From contig JAYYDY010000109.1 in the NCBI GenBank assembly GCA_036160375.1, forward strand, positions 1,677 through 65,676: DNA of 64,000 nucleotides. Reading direction: 5' to 3'. Each line of letters starts with the position of its first letter. Positions within the stretch are counted from its first letter, which is position 1. Position numbers and translations under genes: made by a program. Below, in pieces: positions 9,229 through 18,533 of the stretch. The notes under the pieces were generated by a model. It did no database searches. It was not told the origin of the DNA and was given only the letters and a program-made list of their open reading frames with translations. This stretch comes from Thermoplasmatota archaeon. Its GTDB lineage: Archaea; Thermoplasmatota; Poseidoniia; Poseidoniales; Poseidoniaceae.

Positions 9229-10182
9229 ATGGTCGCAGCCTCGGTGATTCTCATCGCAGTGAATCAACAGGACATTGCGAGTACCAATCAAGCCGATGCG
9301 CTCCGTCGTATCGTTGACTGGACCATCATGGATGCCTTTGAGGGCCATCCAACCTATGCACATCACCACCTGAGAATGGTCTACCTGCCGGATGGCCTCT
9401 TGTTTGAGGATCACCTCGACCAACGATGGGAGGCACAATCCGGCGAGTGCGTGCAGGAGATCATTTTCCCTTCACGTCACGTTGCAGCAAGCGGCCAGGC
9501 GTCCCTTACACTCCATCCCATTGGCGTACCCCACCTTCCGAGAAATGAGGTTGGCCCTTATGGTGGTCATGGTGGCATGGCTCCACCACCCTCCACGCGC
9601 CTGGCTTCGTGGTGGAAGCGCTTGCTGACGATGGCGCCATCCGATTCCAGCGTTGAAGGCTTCGACCTCTCGCTTGAAGTGACGCACCACGGGCCAACCG
9701 TCGGCGTACCCTGCCTGTTCATTGAGGTCGGTTCAACCGACGCAACCTGGGGGCATGAGGGGGCCGCTCGTTTGCTCGCCAAGATCATGCACGATGGGCT
9801 GCTGGGATCAGAAAACGATGCATGGGACGCTGACAAGCACGGCGGGCAACTCGTCCTCGTCACCCTCGGCGGCGGTCATTACGCACCGCGAGCGAACCAA
9901 CTGGCAGCGATGGAAGGTGTTTGGCTCGGCCATATGTTGGCCACGTACGCCCTTCCGTTCGAACAGGCGGAGAACGGGGATGTTTTGGGCACATGGAAAC
10001 AATCCATCGAGGCCGGCCTTGAAGCGACACGCACCTCGTTCCCCGGAGGTGATATCGTTTGCTCCATGGACAAAAAAGCGTTCAAAGGTTGGCAACGACA
10101 AGCGATACGAGCGTACCTCGAATCGGTTGGCGTACCGCTTCTCACGACACACCAAATCAAGCAACGAATCGGTCAGGCTTAA
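9229..10182 (+). CDS. dtdA: D-aminoacyl-tRNA deacylase, archaeal type (DtdA/DTD2)
   Basis: The motifs FPSRHVAASGQASLTLHPIG, LEVTHHGPTVGVPCLFIEVGSTDATW and LGGGHYAPRANQ align with the SRH / THHGP / IEIGS / GGGHYAP signature of Pyrococcus DTD2. Confidence 0.85.
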   Translation: MVAASVILIAVNQQDIASTNQADALRRIVDWTIMDAFEGHPTYAHHHLRMVYLPDGLLFEDHLDQRWEAQSGECVQEIIFPSRHVAASGQASLTLHPIGVPHLPRNEVGPYGGHGGMAPPPSTRLASWWKRLLTMAPSDSSVEGFDLSLEVTHHGPTVGVPCLFIEVGSTDATWGHEGAARLLAKIMHDGLLGSENDAWDADKHGGQLVLVTLGGGHYAPRANQLAAMEGVWLGHMLATYALPFEQAENGDVLGTWKQSIEAGLEATRTSFPGGDIVCSMDKKAFKGWQRQAIRAYLESVGVPLLTTHQIKQRIGQA

Positions 10183-10227
10183 CGGGACGCACAAAGGGTC
10201 AAAGAGCGCCTCCGTCGTGCGTTGACC

Positions 10228-11205
10228 ATGGTGGGCTGGTTCTCCAAGATGGTGGTCGCTACCACCGTTCGGATGCCCAAGTGGTTTGTCCGTTGGGTCA
10301 GTCGGCGCTACGTTGCAGGCGCCAGCCTTGACGATGCCGTGTCAGTCATGAAACGTTTGACTCATGAAGGCGCTTGTTTCACCATCGATGTCCTTGGCGA
10401 GGAAATCTCTTCGATGGATGAGGCTCAGTTTTTCCTCGAGGAATACATCCGAGTGATGGAAGCCATCAAAACCCACCAACTTGATGCCAATCTGAGCATC
10501 AAACCCACGGCCTTCGGACTCCTCATCGATCCTGAGCGGGGCATGGCCAACATCCGGCGCCTCGTGAAACTGGCTGCAGAGGAAGACATGTTTGTCCGAC
10601 TTGACATGGAAGATCATCGTGTCACCACCGATACCATCGATGTGGTGGTGGCGTTGCACGGAGAAGGCTTGACCAACGTCGGTACCGTGCTGCAGGGGCG
10701 ATTGTTCCGTACCCTTGGCGACATCGACGCTCTGGAAACGACCCTCGGTCCTGCAGCTGATTACAGGATTTGCAAGGGCATTTACCTCGAACCAGAGGAG
10801 ATCTCGTTCACAGGGTACCGGGACATTGTTGACGCCACGAACGCTGCCGTTGATCGCATGTTGGATGCAGGTGCGTACGTTGGAATTGCCAGTCATGACC
10901 AGCCGGTCATCGATCACGCCCTCTCTGCACTGTCGTCCCACGGCATGGGTCCGGGTGTCGATGACCCTCGCACCAATGCGGCCCCGGCCCGGCATCACAA
11001 AGGCCCCGGATATGAATTCCAAATGCTCCTCGGCGTCCGAGGACCGCTTCGTCGTCGTTTGTTGAGTGAAGGCCACCGAACCCGCGTCTACATTCCATAC
11101 GGAGAAAAGTGGTACGAATACAGCATTCGGCGTCTCAAAGAGAACCCAACGATTGGCACCCAGGTCGCCAAGGCGTTCTTGCTTCCTTGGACCAACCGAC
11201 CGTGA
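10228..11205 (+). CDS. proline dehydrogenase (Pro_dh family)
   Basis: FTIDVLGEE, LSIKPTAFGL, VRLDMEDH, TVLQGRLFRT, YRICKGIY, ASHD, EFQMLLGV and RVYIPYGEKWYEYSIRRLKENP appear in the canonical order of monofunctional ProDH. Confidence 0.85.
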   Translation: MVGWFSKMVVATTVRMPKWFVRWVSRRYVAGASLDDAVSVMKRLTHEGACFTIDVLGEEISSMDEAQFFLEEYIRVMEAIKTHQLDANLSIKPTAFGLLIDPERGMANIRRLVKLAAEEDMFVRLDMEDHRVTTDTIDVVVALHGEGLTNVGTVLQGRLFRTLGDIDALETTLGPAADYRICKGIYLEPEEISFTGYRDIVDATNAAVDRMLDAGAYVGIASHDQPVIDHALSALSSHGMGPGVDDPRTNAAPARHHKGPGYEFQMLLGVRGPLRRRLLSEGHRTRVYIPYGEKWYEYSIRRLKENPTIGTQVAKAFLLPWTNRP

Positions 11206-11976
11206 TCAGTTTCGCTTCTTCTTTTTCGAACGGCCTCGATTGGCGTTCGGGTTCACGCCTTTCTTGACGTGTTCTTTGGGTCGTTCTGGGTTGGGATTGA
11301 AACCCAACCGACCTTCTTTCCAGGCTTGACGACGTTCGCGTGGTGTCCGAGGAGCGAAGTGTTCCCCTTTGGGCGGTTCATGAAGGTACATTCGCTTGAT
11401 GTCAGGGGCTTGGACGGTGCCTCGCATCGTACGACCGGCGCCGGTGTGGATGGCACGAATGCGCCACGTTTCCCCGTTGTGCTCCATGAGATGAGAGCCG
11501 GTGAAGGTGGTCTCTTGAGGAACGACGAGAACGTCCGCTGTGGAATCTTCTCCTCGTGTCAGGGTCAATTTCACCCGAACCATATCGGTCCGGAGGGCCG
11601 TGATTCGTGCGATGTTGGCGGCCGTTTCTCCAGATGTGTGCTGTCCAGTTCGGAGCTCAATTTGGTGGATGCGCCACAGCATGTCGTCTTCTTCAAACAC
11701 ATCGCCAACGACGAACTCTTCGTCAGCATCCACCACCAAGACCACGCGGTTGGACTGCGGTCCATCGGTGAGGATGAAGGGGATGTTGGTTGGAGGTGGC
11801 GGTCGGAACACGACGGTGTGCACGCGTTCACATTCGGTGCAACGGACCTTGAAATCCGCACCGTCGCCGACTTTTTTCTCGTGAAGGATGTCGTGGGCCG
11901 TCATCTCTTCACACGAGGGGCAGTGCGTGGCATTGTCGAGGACTTCCTCTTCCTCCCACACTTCGTCATCGTCCAC
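11206..11976 (-). CDS. archaeal zinc-ribbon protein (COG1326 / HVO_0476-like) with a long basic C-terminal tail
   Basis: CPSC...HDIL...VRCTEC..VHTV Zn ribbon, then VVGDVFEEDDMLWRIHQIEL. The tail is RTPRERRQAWKEGR...RGRSKKKKRN. The ORF extends to 12132, but the R/S-rich N-terminus overlaps the divergent gene; GTG at 11976 is my preferred start (uncertain). Confidence 0.55.
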   Translation of the reverse strand: MDDDEVWEEEEVLDNATHCPSCEEMTAHDILHEKKVGDGADFKVRCTECERVHTVVFRPPPPTNIPFILTDGPQSNRVVLVVDADEEFVVGDVFEEDDMLWRIHQIELRTGQHTSGETAANIARITALRTDMVRVKLTLTRGEDSTADVLVVPQETTFTGSHLMEHNGETWRIRAIHTGAGRTMRGTVQAPDIKRMYLHEPPKGEHFAPRTPRERRQAWKEGRLGFNPNPERPKEHVKKGVNPNANRGRSKKKKRN

Positions 11977-12073
11977 GGGACTCCCTCGTTGTTTGCGCTG
12001 AACCCACTTGGTTTGAACCCTCCGACTTGGTTGGTGTGCAAGCCTTGATGTTGTGGGTGGGGAACGAAGTCCC

Positions 12074-12811
12074 ATGGCGGATGAGATGGATGGTCTTGAG
12101 CGGGGTGATGTCCTCGCCTTCCTTCTCTCCAAAGATGGGAACCAACCTCAGGACGAGCCCCTCATCGCTGCCAACATCCACGAACAACTCCAACACATGG
12201 GCCTCTCCACCTGGTCCATCTCCGTTCTGCGTCGATTGCGGGATGCCGTTGGTCGACTTGCTCCTGCTCGAGTCCTTGAAGTGGGCGCCAGCATCGGACA
12301 CCGAACGGCTTGGTTGCTTGATGAATTCGAGCGAAAGGAACGCACACCGACAGCGCTGACGTTGGTTGAACAGGGTGGCAAATTTGCCGTCATCTTGCAG
12401 CGGCTTCTGCAGCGCTATGAGGCCATGGACTGGGCTTCGGTCGTCGTGGGTGAGCCAGAACAACTCGCCGCCGAACATCAAGCATGGGCGTTGGCATCGG
12501 CCACCGGTACCGAATTGTCACAAACACCGTTTGAATCGGGGTACGATGTGATTGTGATCGACGGGCCCTCTCCCGTCCGGGCAAGCCTCGTGGCAACCTA
12601 CCTCGCGTTGCTCAATGACAACGGCGTTCTGTTCACCGTCGAACCAGACATGCCAACCGGGGACGTCGCAGAAGACGATGCTGAAGGCATGGCCATGGTC
12701 AACGGGTTCAATCGCTGGATTGAACTCGTCGGAGATACACAATCGACCCATCACGTTGCCTTCATGCCGCTCTTCGGGGGTACGCTTGTCGCCTGGCTTC
12801 CTCATGCCTGA
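12074..12811 (+). CDS. class I SAM-dependent (O-)methyltransferase-like protein
   Basis: VLEVGASIGHRTAWLL (motif I-like) and YDVIVIDG (post-I/II) match the family-3 O-methyltransferase layout. First ATG is at 12074. Confidence 0.6.
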   Translation: MADEMDGLERGDVLAFLLSKDGNQPQDEPLIAANIHEQLQHMGLSTWSISVLRRLRDAVGRLAPARVLEVGASIGHRTAWLLDEFERKERTPTALTLVEQGGKFAVILQRLLQRYEAMDWASVVVGEPEQLAAEHQAWALASATGTELSQTPFESGYDVIVIDGPSPVRASLVATYLALLNDNGVLFTVEPDMPTGDVAEDDAEGMAMVNGFNRWIELVGDTQSTHHVAFMPLFGGTLVAWLPHA

Positions 12812-13974
12812 GTGGCGAGGTCAATGAGCCCTGACACATTGAGCAAACCGTAGCCATAGTAATCGTCATGGGTGGTTTGACCTTCCTCAGGCACAGCACT
12901 GTCCATCAGCCAACGCTTGACCGTGTCAACGGTATCGGCACCGTTTGAAGCCTCGGGCTTTAGTTCAGGTTTTTCTTCAAGGAGAAGGCACAACGCGCCC
13001 GTGACATAGACCGTGGCAGCGCTGGTGCCATCGGCAATTCCCCAACCGCCGTCCTCTGTGAGAACCGGCACCCCTTCTGCAGGGGCCACCACTTCGGGCT
13101 TCTTGTTCGGGTCCCCTCTCGGCATCAAGATGGGGAGCGGGAGGAGCCGGCCATTGTTATCGCCCTTTGAAGAACCGGACCAGTGTGTCCCTTTGATGGT
13201 CACACCGCCTACAGAAATCACACCTGCTTCGCTGGAAGGGTGGGCCACATCACCGTCGTCATCCTCACCGTCATTTCCAGCGGCTGCGACAACGTACACG
13301 CCAGCATCGATGGCGTCGTTGGCCGCATCACCTGAAGTTCGTCCAGAACCGATGGAGAACGGAAGGATGTTTGGGGCTCCACCCAACGAGAGTGAAATGA
13401 CATCAGCCCCGTTTTCGACGCACCAATCAACAGCATCAGCGACGAGGGTGTCGCTGCCGCTTCCATCCGAACCCAGCGCTTTCGCCACCAAGAGGTCCAC
13501 TTCTTTTGCCATGCCTTTGAGCCACCCGTTGGCCACCAGCAACCCGGCCATGGATGTGCCATGACCGTGATCGTCGTAGGGTTCGCTGTTTCCGTTGATG
13601 AAATCCTTCCATCCTACCAAATTGACGCTCTCAAAGTCTGTATGGTCAAGAGCAATCCCCGAATCGACGATGCACGCCACAACGCCGTTGCCCGTCAAGG
13701 CTTCGGGGGCCGGTTGGACCAATTCGTGGTAGGTTGCATGCCGTTCGAGCGCGACCTCACTGGGCCTCAGCAAGATGGCACCATCGCTCATCAGCACCGC
13801 CCCCAGGTATCCAGCGGCGAGGACAAGCGTGATCCCGAGGGTGATGCTCACGACGAGTTTGATGGCCCTGATGTCCGACCCTTCATGGTCGATTTCTGCC
13901 TGGTAAGGCGGTGGAGCGGACCAAAATTTGGTCTGTTCTTCAATGGAAGCGTTGAGCCCGTCAACCGGTTCCAT
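12802..13974 (-). CDS. membrane-anchored subtilisin-like serine protease (S8)
   Basis: Catalytic triad motifs are in order: VACIVDSGI (Asp), DDHGHGTSMAGLL (His), DGTSAATVYVTGA (Ser). There is an N-terminal TM helix (VVSITLGITLVLAAGYLGAVL). Confidence 0.85.
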   Translation of the reverse strand: MEPVDGLNASIEEQTKFWSAPPPYQAEIDHEGSDIRAIKLVVSITLGITLVLAAGYLGAVLMSDGAILLRPSEVALERHATYHELVQPAPEALTGNGVVACIVDSGIALDHTDFESVNLVGWKDFINGNSEPYDDHGHGTSMAGLLVANGWLKGMAKEVDLLVAKALGSDGSGSDTLVADAVDWCVENGADVISLSLGGAPNILPFSIGSGRTSGDAANDAIDAGVYVVAAAGNDGEDDDGDVAHPSSEAGVISVGGVTIKGTHWSGSSKGDNNGRLLPLPILMPRGDPNKKPEVVAPAEGVPVLTEDGGWGIADGTSAATVYVTGALCLLLEEKPELKPEASNGADTVDTVKRWLMDSAVPEEGQTTHDDYYGYGLLNVSGLIDLATQA

Positions 13975-13978
13975 GGAA

Positions 13979-15193
13979 TCAACTCAGCGTGTGAACTATT
14001 TCAGTCAGTGTATCAACGAACCTTCGCACGTCTTCTTCGTTGTTGTAAAGGTAGGCCGATGCTCTGAGCGACCCTTGTGGGTGGCCACGGTCAGCAAACC
14101 AAGAGTGGACGCAGTGTTGGCCGCTGCGGACCATGACGCCTGCCGCTTCATCCAAGAGGAGAGCGACGTCATGGGCTGGCAGGCTGTCCATGAGAATGGA
14201 GCAAATGCCGCCACGTTTTGAGGCGTCTTCTGGACCGATGATGGAAAGACCAGGCAAATCCTTGACGCCTTGCGTCATGATGCGGTTCAAGCTGATTTCG
14301 TGCTCGTGCACTGCATTCATGTCCAGGTTTGACAAATACTCGATAGCAGCACCTGTGGCCATCATGCCGGAGAAGTTGCCCAGTCCACCTTCAAATCGCG
14401 CTGGGGGTGCTGCCCACGTGGCTTCGGTGTACGATGATGTCTGTACGGTTTGTCCTCCGGATTGGATGGTTCGGAGGTTCTCAAGCAGTTCGTAGCGGCC
14501 CCACAACCCGCCCATTCCGGACGGTCCGCACATTTTGTGGATGGAAAACGACAGGAAGTCGATGTCAAGCGCCTGTACGTCCACGTTCATGTGCGGTGTC
14601 GATTGAGCACCGTCAACCGCCACGAGTGCGCCGTGGTCGTGAGCAACTTTGGTGATCTCAGCAATGGGGATTTCGATACCGTCGAGGTTACCGACGTGGC
14701 TCATAGCCACCATTTTGAGGTTGCTTCCTGCTGCTGCGCATGCGGCTTCAAAGGCTTCCATGTCGAACGTGTTGTCCGGGTGACTGGCCACGACGCGATG
14801 GTCGATGCCCTGCTCTTGTTCAAGTTGAAGCCACGGTACGAGGTTCGAGTTGTGTTCACGGTCGGTCGTCAACACGACATCGCCTTTTTCCCACGAGAGT
14901 CCATGGGCGATTTGGTTGATGGAATGTGTCGCATTTCGCGTGAATACGATTTCGTTGGGCGTTCGAGCGTTGAGAAATTGCCCCAATTTGTTTCTTGAAT
15001 CAGCAACGGATTTTGATACGGCTGTTCCATAACGATGGACGGACCTTCCGCCACAGCCCGGCGTTTCGGTGTAATAGCGATGGATGGTGTCAATGACGGA
15101 TTGTGGCTTGAGCGTCACGCATGCGTTGTCAAGGTAAGCAGGGGGGTGCTCTCCACTGAGCGTTGGGAAATCTTCACGGTGTTGGCTGAACAT
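13979..15193 (-). CDS. cysteine desulfurase (class V aminotransferase, SufS/Csd-like)
   Basis: YLDNACVTLKPQ, FTRNATHSIN, TDREHNSN, SFSIHKMCGPSGMGGLWG (PLP Lys) and RSGQHCVHSW (active-site Cys loop). Start taken at MFSQHREDFP (ATG 15193), 1 nt after the upstream gene's stop. Confidence 0.85.
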   Translation of the reverse strand: MFSQHREDFPTLSGEHPPAYLDNACVTLKPQSVIDTIHRYYTETPGCGGRSVHRYGTAVSKSVADSRNKLGQFLNARTPNEIVFTRNATHSINQIAHGLSWEKGDVVLTTDREHNSNLVPWLQLEQEQGIDHRVVASHPDNTFDMEAFEAACAAAGSNLKMVAMSHVGNLDGIEIPIAEITKVAHDHGALVAVDGAQSTPHMNVDVQALDIDFLSFSIHKMCGPSGMGGLWGRYELLENLRTIQSGGQTVQTSSYTEATWAAPPARFEGGLGNFSGMMATGAAIEYLSNLDMNAVHEHEISLNRIMTQGVKDLPGLSIIGPEDASKRGGICSILMDSLPAHDVALLLDEAAGVMVRSGQHCVHSWFADRGHPQGSLRASAYLYNNEEDVRRFVDTLTEIVHTLS

Positions 15194-15194
15194 C

Positions 15195-16427
15195 TTACCA
15201 CGCTTCCTGGTCTGGCATGTAATCAAGTGCTGGGGCGTTAACACCACACGCAGAACACGCAATTCGACTTGGCATGGGTGCATCACAAGCCGTGCATGAG
15301 TTACCGACAACCACGCTCGTTCCACACCCGGGCGATTGGCAAGGGTGCGTCAATTCGCCTTTGTCGTTGAGGGAGAGGGGCGATGGTGCATTGCATTCGG
15401 GGCACGCAGCGATGGTTCTCACCCGCACTGGTGACGTCCCTGACATTTCCAACGATGCATCAACCGCAGCTCGGGTGCGAACACTGGCTTGGTTACCCAA
15501 CATTCGTTGCGGATACCAGAGAACAAAGATCAGGAGCGGGATGGCTGGAAGGCCAGTGAGGAGATGCAGGGTGAGGAAGCCAATGCTGTTGTCGCCGTAG
15601 GTTGCAACGTGTCGAAGGCCGGCCCACGATGAGAGAATGATGAGGAACACCCAACATCCCAGCATAGCGGTCCAGCCTCGGAGGGAATGCTCTGCAAGCG
15701 CTTCCTCCATGACGCGAACATCTTCGTGCAAATGATTCACTTCAACGTGCAAATCCCGAGTTTCAACCACGGCTTTCCAGAAGAAAAACAGAAAGAAAAA
15801 CACGACGAGAAGAATCAGCGTCCCTTCCATCATGCTGGCGAGGTCAAGGCCAAGCGGAAAACTTGGATTGGTCCGGAAGAAAAACACCTGAGCCCATACC
15901 ATGCCGTTCCACATCACCAAGAGGGAGATGGCGTGAATTCTCATCACGGGAAACAGCACCCACGCTTGGTAAGCGAACCAACCCCAACATATGAGCGAAA
16001 TCAGCATTTGAAAGAAATGAAAACCATCAATGGCGAGGACGCCGTCAACACCGGAAATCTTTGCATCTCCTCCGTTCCAGAGTTCAGTTGAGACCGATCC
16101 CAAGGCGAAGGCGACCAATCCAAATGCGATGGCAATAAGGTGGTTTTTTGTCCATTCGACCCTGAGTAATTTCCAATGAAACATCCACTCTCTTCTCACC
16201 GTGTTGATGGCTTCTGCCATCGGCAGATGGGCTGGGAGCGGAGATTGAAGCGTCATGTCCGCCATGCGAAATGGAAGGGTGGTCTCGTGGGTGGCAGCGC
16301 TCGCCTCTGCACCTCCCTCCCCGGCCATGGTAGAGGCTGGAGGTCGCCCCTTTGAGTCCTTTCGCTCCCCGCACTGAGCGGCTTGGTTTTGGAGGGTGAT
16401 GGTTAAACGAGAAAGGGGGGTCGCCAA
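15195..16427 (-). CDS. polytopic membrane protein with two C-terminal C4 zinc ribbons
   Basis: About 7 hydrophobic helices, then ACPECNAP...CQSPGCGT and CTACDAP...CSACG. The start is uncertain; internal Met at 16328 and others are possible, because the ORF top abuts tRNA-Ser. Confidence 0.55.
   Translation of the reverse strand: MATPLSRLTITLQNQAAQCGERKDSKGRPPASTMAGEGGAEASAATHETTLPFRMADMTLQSPLPAHLPMAEAINTVRREWMFHWKLLRVEWTKNHLIAIAFGLVAFALGSVSTELWNGGDAKISGVDGVLAIDGFHFFQMLISLICWGWFAYQAWVLFPVMRIHAISLLVMWNGMVWAQVFFFRTNPSFPLGLDLASMMEGTLILLVVFFFLFFFWKAVVETRDLHVEVNHLHEDVRVMEEALAEHSLRGWTAMLGCWVFLIILSSWAGLRHVATYGDNSIGFLTLHLLTGLPAIPLLIFVLWYPQRMLGNQASVRTRAAVDASLEMSGTSPVRVRTIAACPECNAPSPLSLNDKGELTHPCQSPGCGTSVVVGNSCTACDAPMPSRIACSACGVNAPALDYMPDQEAW
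16403..16408 (+). promoter_or_regulatory. weak TATA-like element (TTAAAC) upstream of tRNA-Ser
   Basis: Centred about 30 nt upstream of the tRNA 5' end, the expected archaeal TATA spacing. The box itself is weak. Confidence 0.3.
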
Positions 16428-16434
16428 GGTTAGA

Positions 16435-16521
16435 GCCGAGATCGCATAGCCTGGTAGTGCGCGCGACTGGAAATCGCGTGGGCCCGTTCCCTCGGGAGTT
16501 CAAATCTCTCTCTCGGCGCCA
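16435..16521 (+). tRNA. tRNA-Ser (anticodon GGA), genomically encoded CCA
   Basis: Hand fold: acceptor GCCGAGA/TCTCGGC, anticodon stem CGCGA/TCGCG with loop CTGGAAA, a long variable arm (about 15 nt, GGG..CCC), T-arm GGGAG-TTCAAAT-CTCTC, discriminator G, then CCA. Confidence 0.9.
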
Positions 16522-16571
16522 CCTCTTTTCACCACCACAACCTCCTTGATTGAGACGACACAGCCACAAGC

Positions 16572-18107
16572 GTGGACGACGACCATGGTAGCCGAAAGCG
16601 CTGGTATGCGCTCATGGCCTTGGCCATCCTCCTCCACGCCTTTGCGATGACCAACAGTGACCTTGGCCTTGATGCGCATGTTCGCTTGAACGCCGCCATG
16701 GACGGCCAGCACGATGGACAGGATTTGACCTGGGGTAAATTGCGAATGGCCGACAGTTCAGAGCAGGCCCCAACCCATGAACAGGTGTACGATGGCTACA
16801 TCGCACCCTGGTTTGAATCCGAGCTTGCTGCAAAATTCACGGCCTTTGTTGGTGTCCTCTGTGTGGCCTGCTTGGCTGGTCTGTCGCCTCGATGGGCGAA
16901 TCGTTCACAACCGTTCGACCCCGTGAAGCCAGCCTTGATCCTCTTCAGTCCAATTTTCTTGTTTGTGTCGGCACGCGGCTACGACGAGGGGATGCTGGCC
17001 ATCTTGGCGGGATTCGGAACAGTGGGCTTTCTTTTCAATCAGGGTGAGGAACGTGCTCAACGTGTGCTTCACATCGTGATGATGGCCGCCTCTGTGATGC
17101 TGGTGTTGGGGTGGAAGGGATTCAGCCCGATCACCAGCATCGGCGCTTTTCTGCTGACCGTTGCAGTGGGGGTCGGTTGGGTGGTCTTGGAAGAGAAGTC
17201 AACAGGCTCCTTGGGTGAATGGTTGGTGCATCCGTGGAAAATGGGAAGCTCGTGTGCTCTGCTCGTCTTCATCGGCGTGATGGCAGTAGGATCAACGGCG
17301 GATACCGGTACGTTTGCCGTCATTGGCCAACATCCTGTTGGTTTTATGTTCGCAACAACGGTAGCGGCCATCCATTCCGTTGCTCTGTTCCTTTTGGTCG
17401 GTTTTGTGCTTTGGCCGCTCATCTCGGTTCGGTGGTCATCGTTGTCCGGTTTGCGTGGAGCGGGTCCAACCATGCTGGCCACGTACATCGGTGTGCTGTT
17501 GGCTGGAATCGCAACATACATCGGGGCGCTTTGGACGCTGGAATCACAACTTTGGGGACGTTCCTTGCTCGAGACCATGTTGATTCTCGGGAATAACGGA
17601 AGGTACGCTACCGCCGTTTTGCTTCCTCTGGTGTTCCTCTTGACGTGGCCAACCGGCGAAGAACAACCTGATGTCGCACAAGAGGAAAACACTCGGGTCA
17701 AGTTGGGTTTGCTTGTCTTGCTTCCACTGACCCTGTTTGTTTCCTTTTACGGCCAGCAATTGTGGTCGGATGATGCGGGTGCGTGGCTGGCAGATTCCAT
17801 GGAAGAGGATGAAATGTGTTTCGTCATGGTCGCCCCAGAAACGTTGGCGATGCACCACCTCTACGTCGTCAAATCGAACGTCGACCTGACAGGTGAACGC
17901 GGAATTGACGGTTATTGGCGAACCGCAACCCTCGTGGATGACTTCATCACATCACATCCGGAATGCGCTGGGTTGATGCTCGTCGCGCCTGGTGAAGACT
18001 ACACGCCAGGCGATGCTTGGGTTCTGGTCAACGAGCAGGCTGCGCCCTACACGTTGAGCGGAGGTGCCAATGCAGGCAGTTGGAAGGTGTTCCGAGCCAT
18101 CGGGTGA
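16572..18107 (+). CDS. polytopic integral membrane protein with a C-terminal soluble domain (possibly a GT-C-like glycosyltransferase)
   Basis: A 511-aa ORF (GTG start) with more than 10 hydrophobic helices and a roughly 110-aa C-terminal non-membrane domain. No catalytic motif is securely recognised. Confidence 0.6.
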   Translation: MDDDHGSRKRWYALMALAILLHAFAMTNSDLGLDAHVRLNAAMDGQHDGQDLTWGKLRMADSSEQAPTHEQVYDGYIAPWFESELAAKFTAFVGVLCVACLAGLSPRWANRSQPFDPVKPALILFSPIFLFVSARGYDEGMLAILAGFGTVGFLFNQGEERAQRVLHIVMMAASVMLVLGWKGFSPITSIGAFLLTVAVGVGWVVLEEKSTGSLGEWLVHPWKMGSSCALLVFIGVMAVGSTADTGTFAVIGQHPVGFMFATTVAAIHSVALFLLVGFVLWPLISVRWSSLSGLRGAGPTMLATYIGVLLAGIATYIGALWTLESQLWGRSLLETMLILGNNGRYATAVLLPLVFLLTWPTGEEQPDVAQEENTRVKLGLLVLLPLTLFVSFYGQQLWSDDAGAWLADSMEEDEMCFVMVAPETLAMHHLYVVKSNVDLTGERGIDGYWRTATLVDDFITSHPECAGLMLVAPGEDYTPGDAWVLVNEQAAPYTLSGGANAGSWKVFRAIG

Positions 18108-18125
18108 TGTCCAATTCACGAAGCG

Positions 18126-18132
18126 ATTATAT
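18126..18132 (+). promoter_or_regulatory. TATA box (ATTATAT) upstream of tRNA-Thr
   Basis: Centred about 29 nt upstream of the tRNA 5' end. Confidence 0.45.
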
Positions 18133-18157
18133 CCATTTGTCCGGTGGGCGGACCACT

Positions 18158-18232
18158 GCCACCGTGGCTTAGGGGTATAGCACCTCATTGGTAATGAGGA
18201 GGTCGCGAGTTCAAATCTCGCCGGTGGCTCCA
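18158..18232 (+). tRNA. tRNA-Thr (anticodon GGU), genomically encoded CCA
   Basis: Hand fold: acceptor GCCACCG/CGGTGGC, D-arm GCT..AGC, anticodon stem CCTCA/TGAGG with loop TTGGTAA, T-arm GCGAG-TTCAAAT-CTCGC, discriminator T, then CCA. Confidence 0.9.
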
Positions 18233-18344
18233 CGCTCCGCTTCGTTCAACCCTCGATGAACGGCGCTGTTTGCGGTATCTTTACCTCAATGTATAAGAGG
18301 TGATTTTCAAAATCTCGCCATGAGAAGGCAACTTCTCAGATGGG

Positions 18345-18533
18345 ATGCACATGGAGCGTAAGCAACAAACAGAGGACATGCAACGACGGGTGAAGGAACT
18401 CCAGCACCAGGTCGACGAACTGAAAGAATTGGTCAACACGCTGTTGAGCGTGATTGTCGAGGAACCCGACGGCGTTCACAGCGGCGCCGCACCAACCCTT
18501 CCGGGTCAGGGTATGATGCAAGTTTGCATGTGA
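18345..18533 (+). CDS. small (about 60 aa) coiled-coil protein, hypothetical
   Basis: MERKQQTEDMQRRVKELQHQVDELKELVNTLLSVIVEE shows a clean heptad-like amphipathic pattern. A TATA-like ATGTATAAGA lies about 50 nt upstream. The stop abuts the rtcB stop as TGATCA, as at two other confirmed convergent pairs. Confidence 0.4.
   Translation: MHMERKQQTEDMQRRVKELQHQVDELKELVNTLLSVIVEEPDGVHSGAAPTLPGQGMMQVCM

Noticed and set aside
9154-9438. N-terminal 95 codons of ORF 8203..9438.
   Set aside because: This stretch would overlap the confidently identified dtdA gene by about 210 nt on the opposite strand. An internal Met at 9153 gives a normal divergent arrangement.
16435-18232. A single membrane-protein gene bracketed by two tRNA genes, considered as a possible integrated element or island.
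   Set aside because: I saw no integrase, no duplicated tRNA 3' fragment (att-like repeat) and no compositional break by eye. It looks like ordinary chromosomal context.
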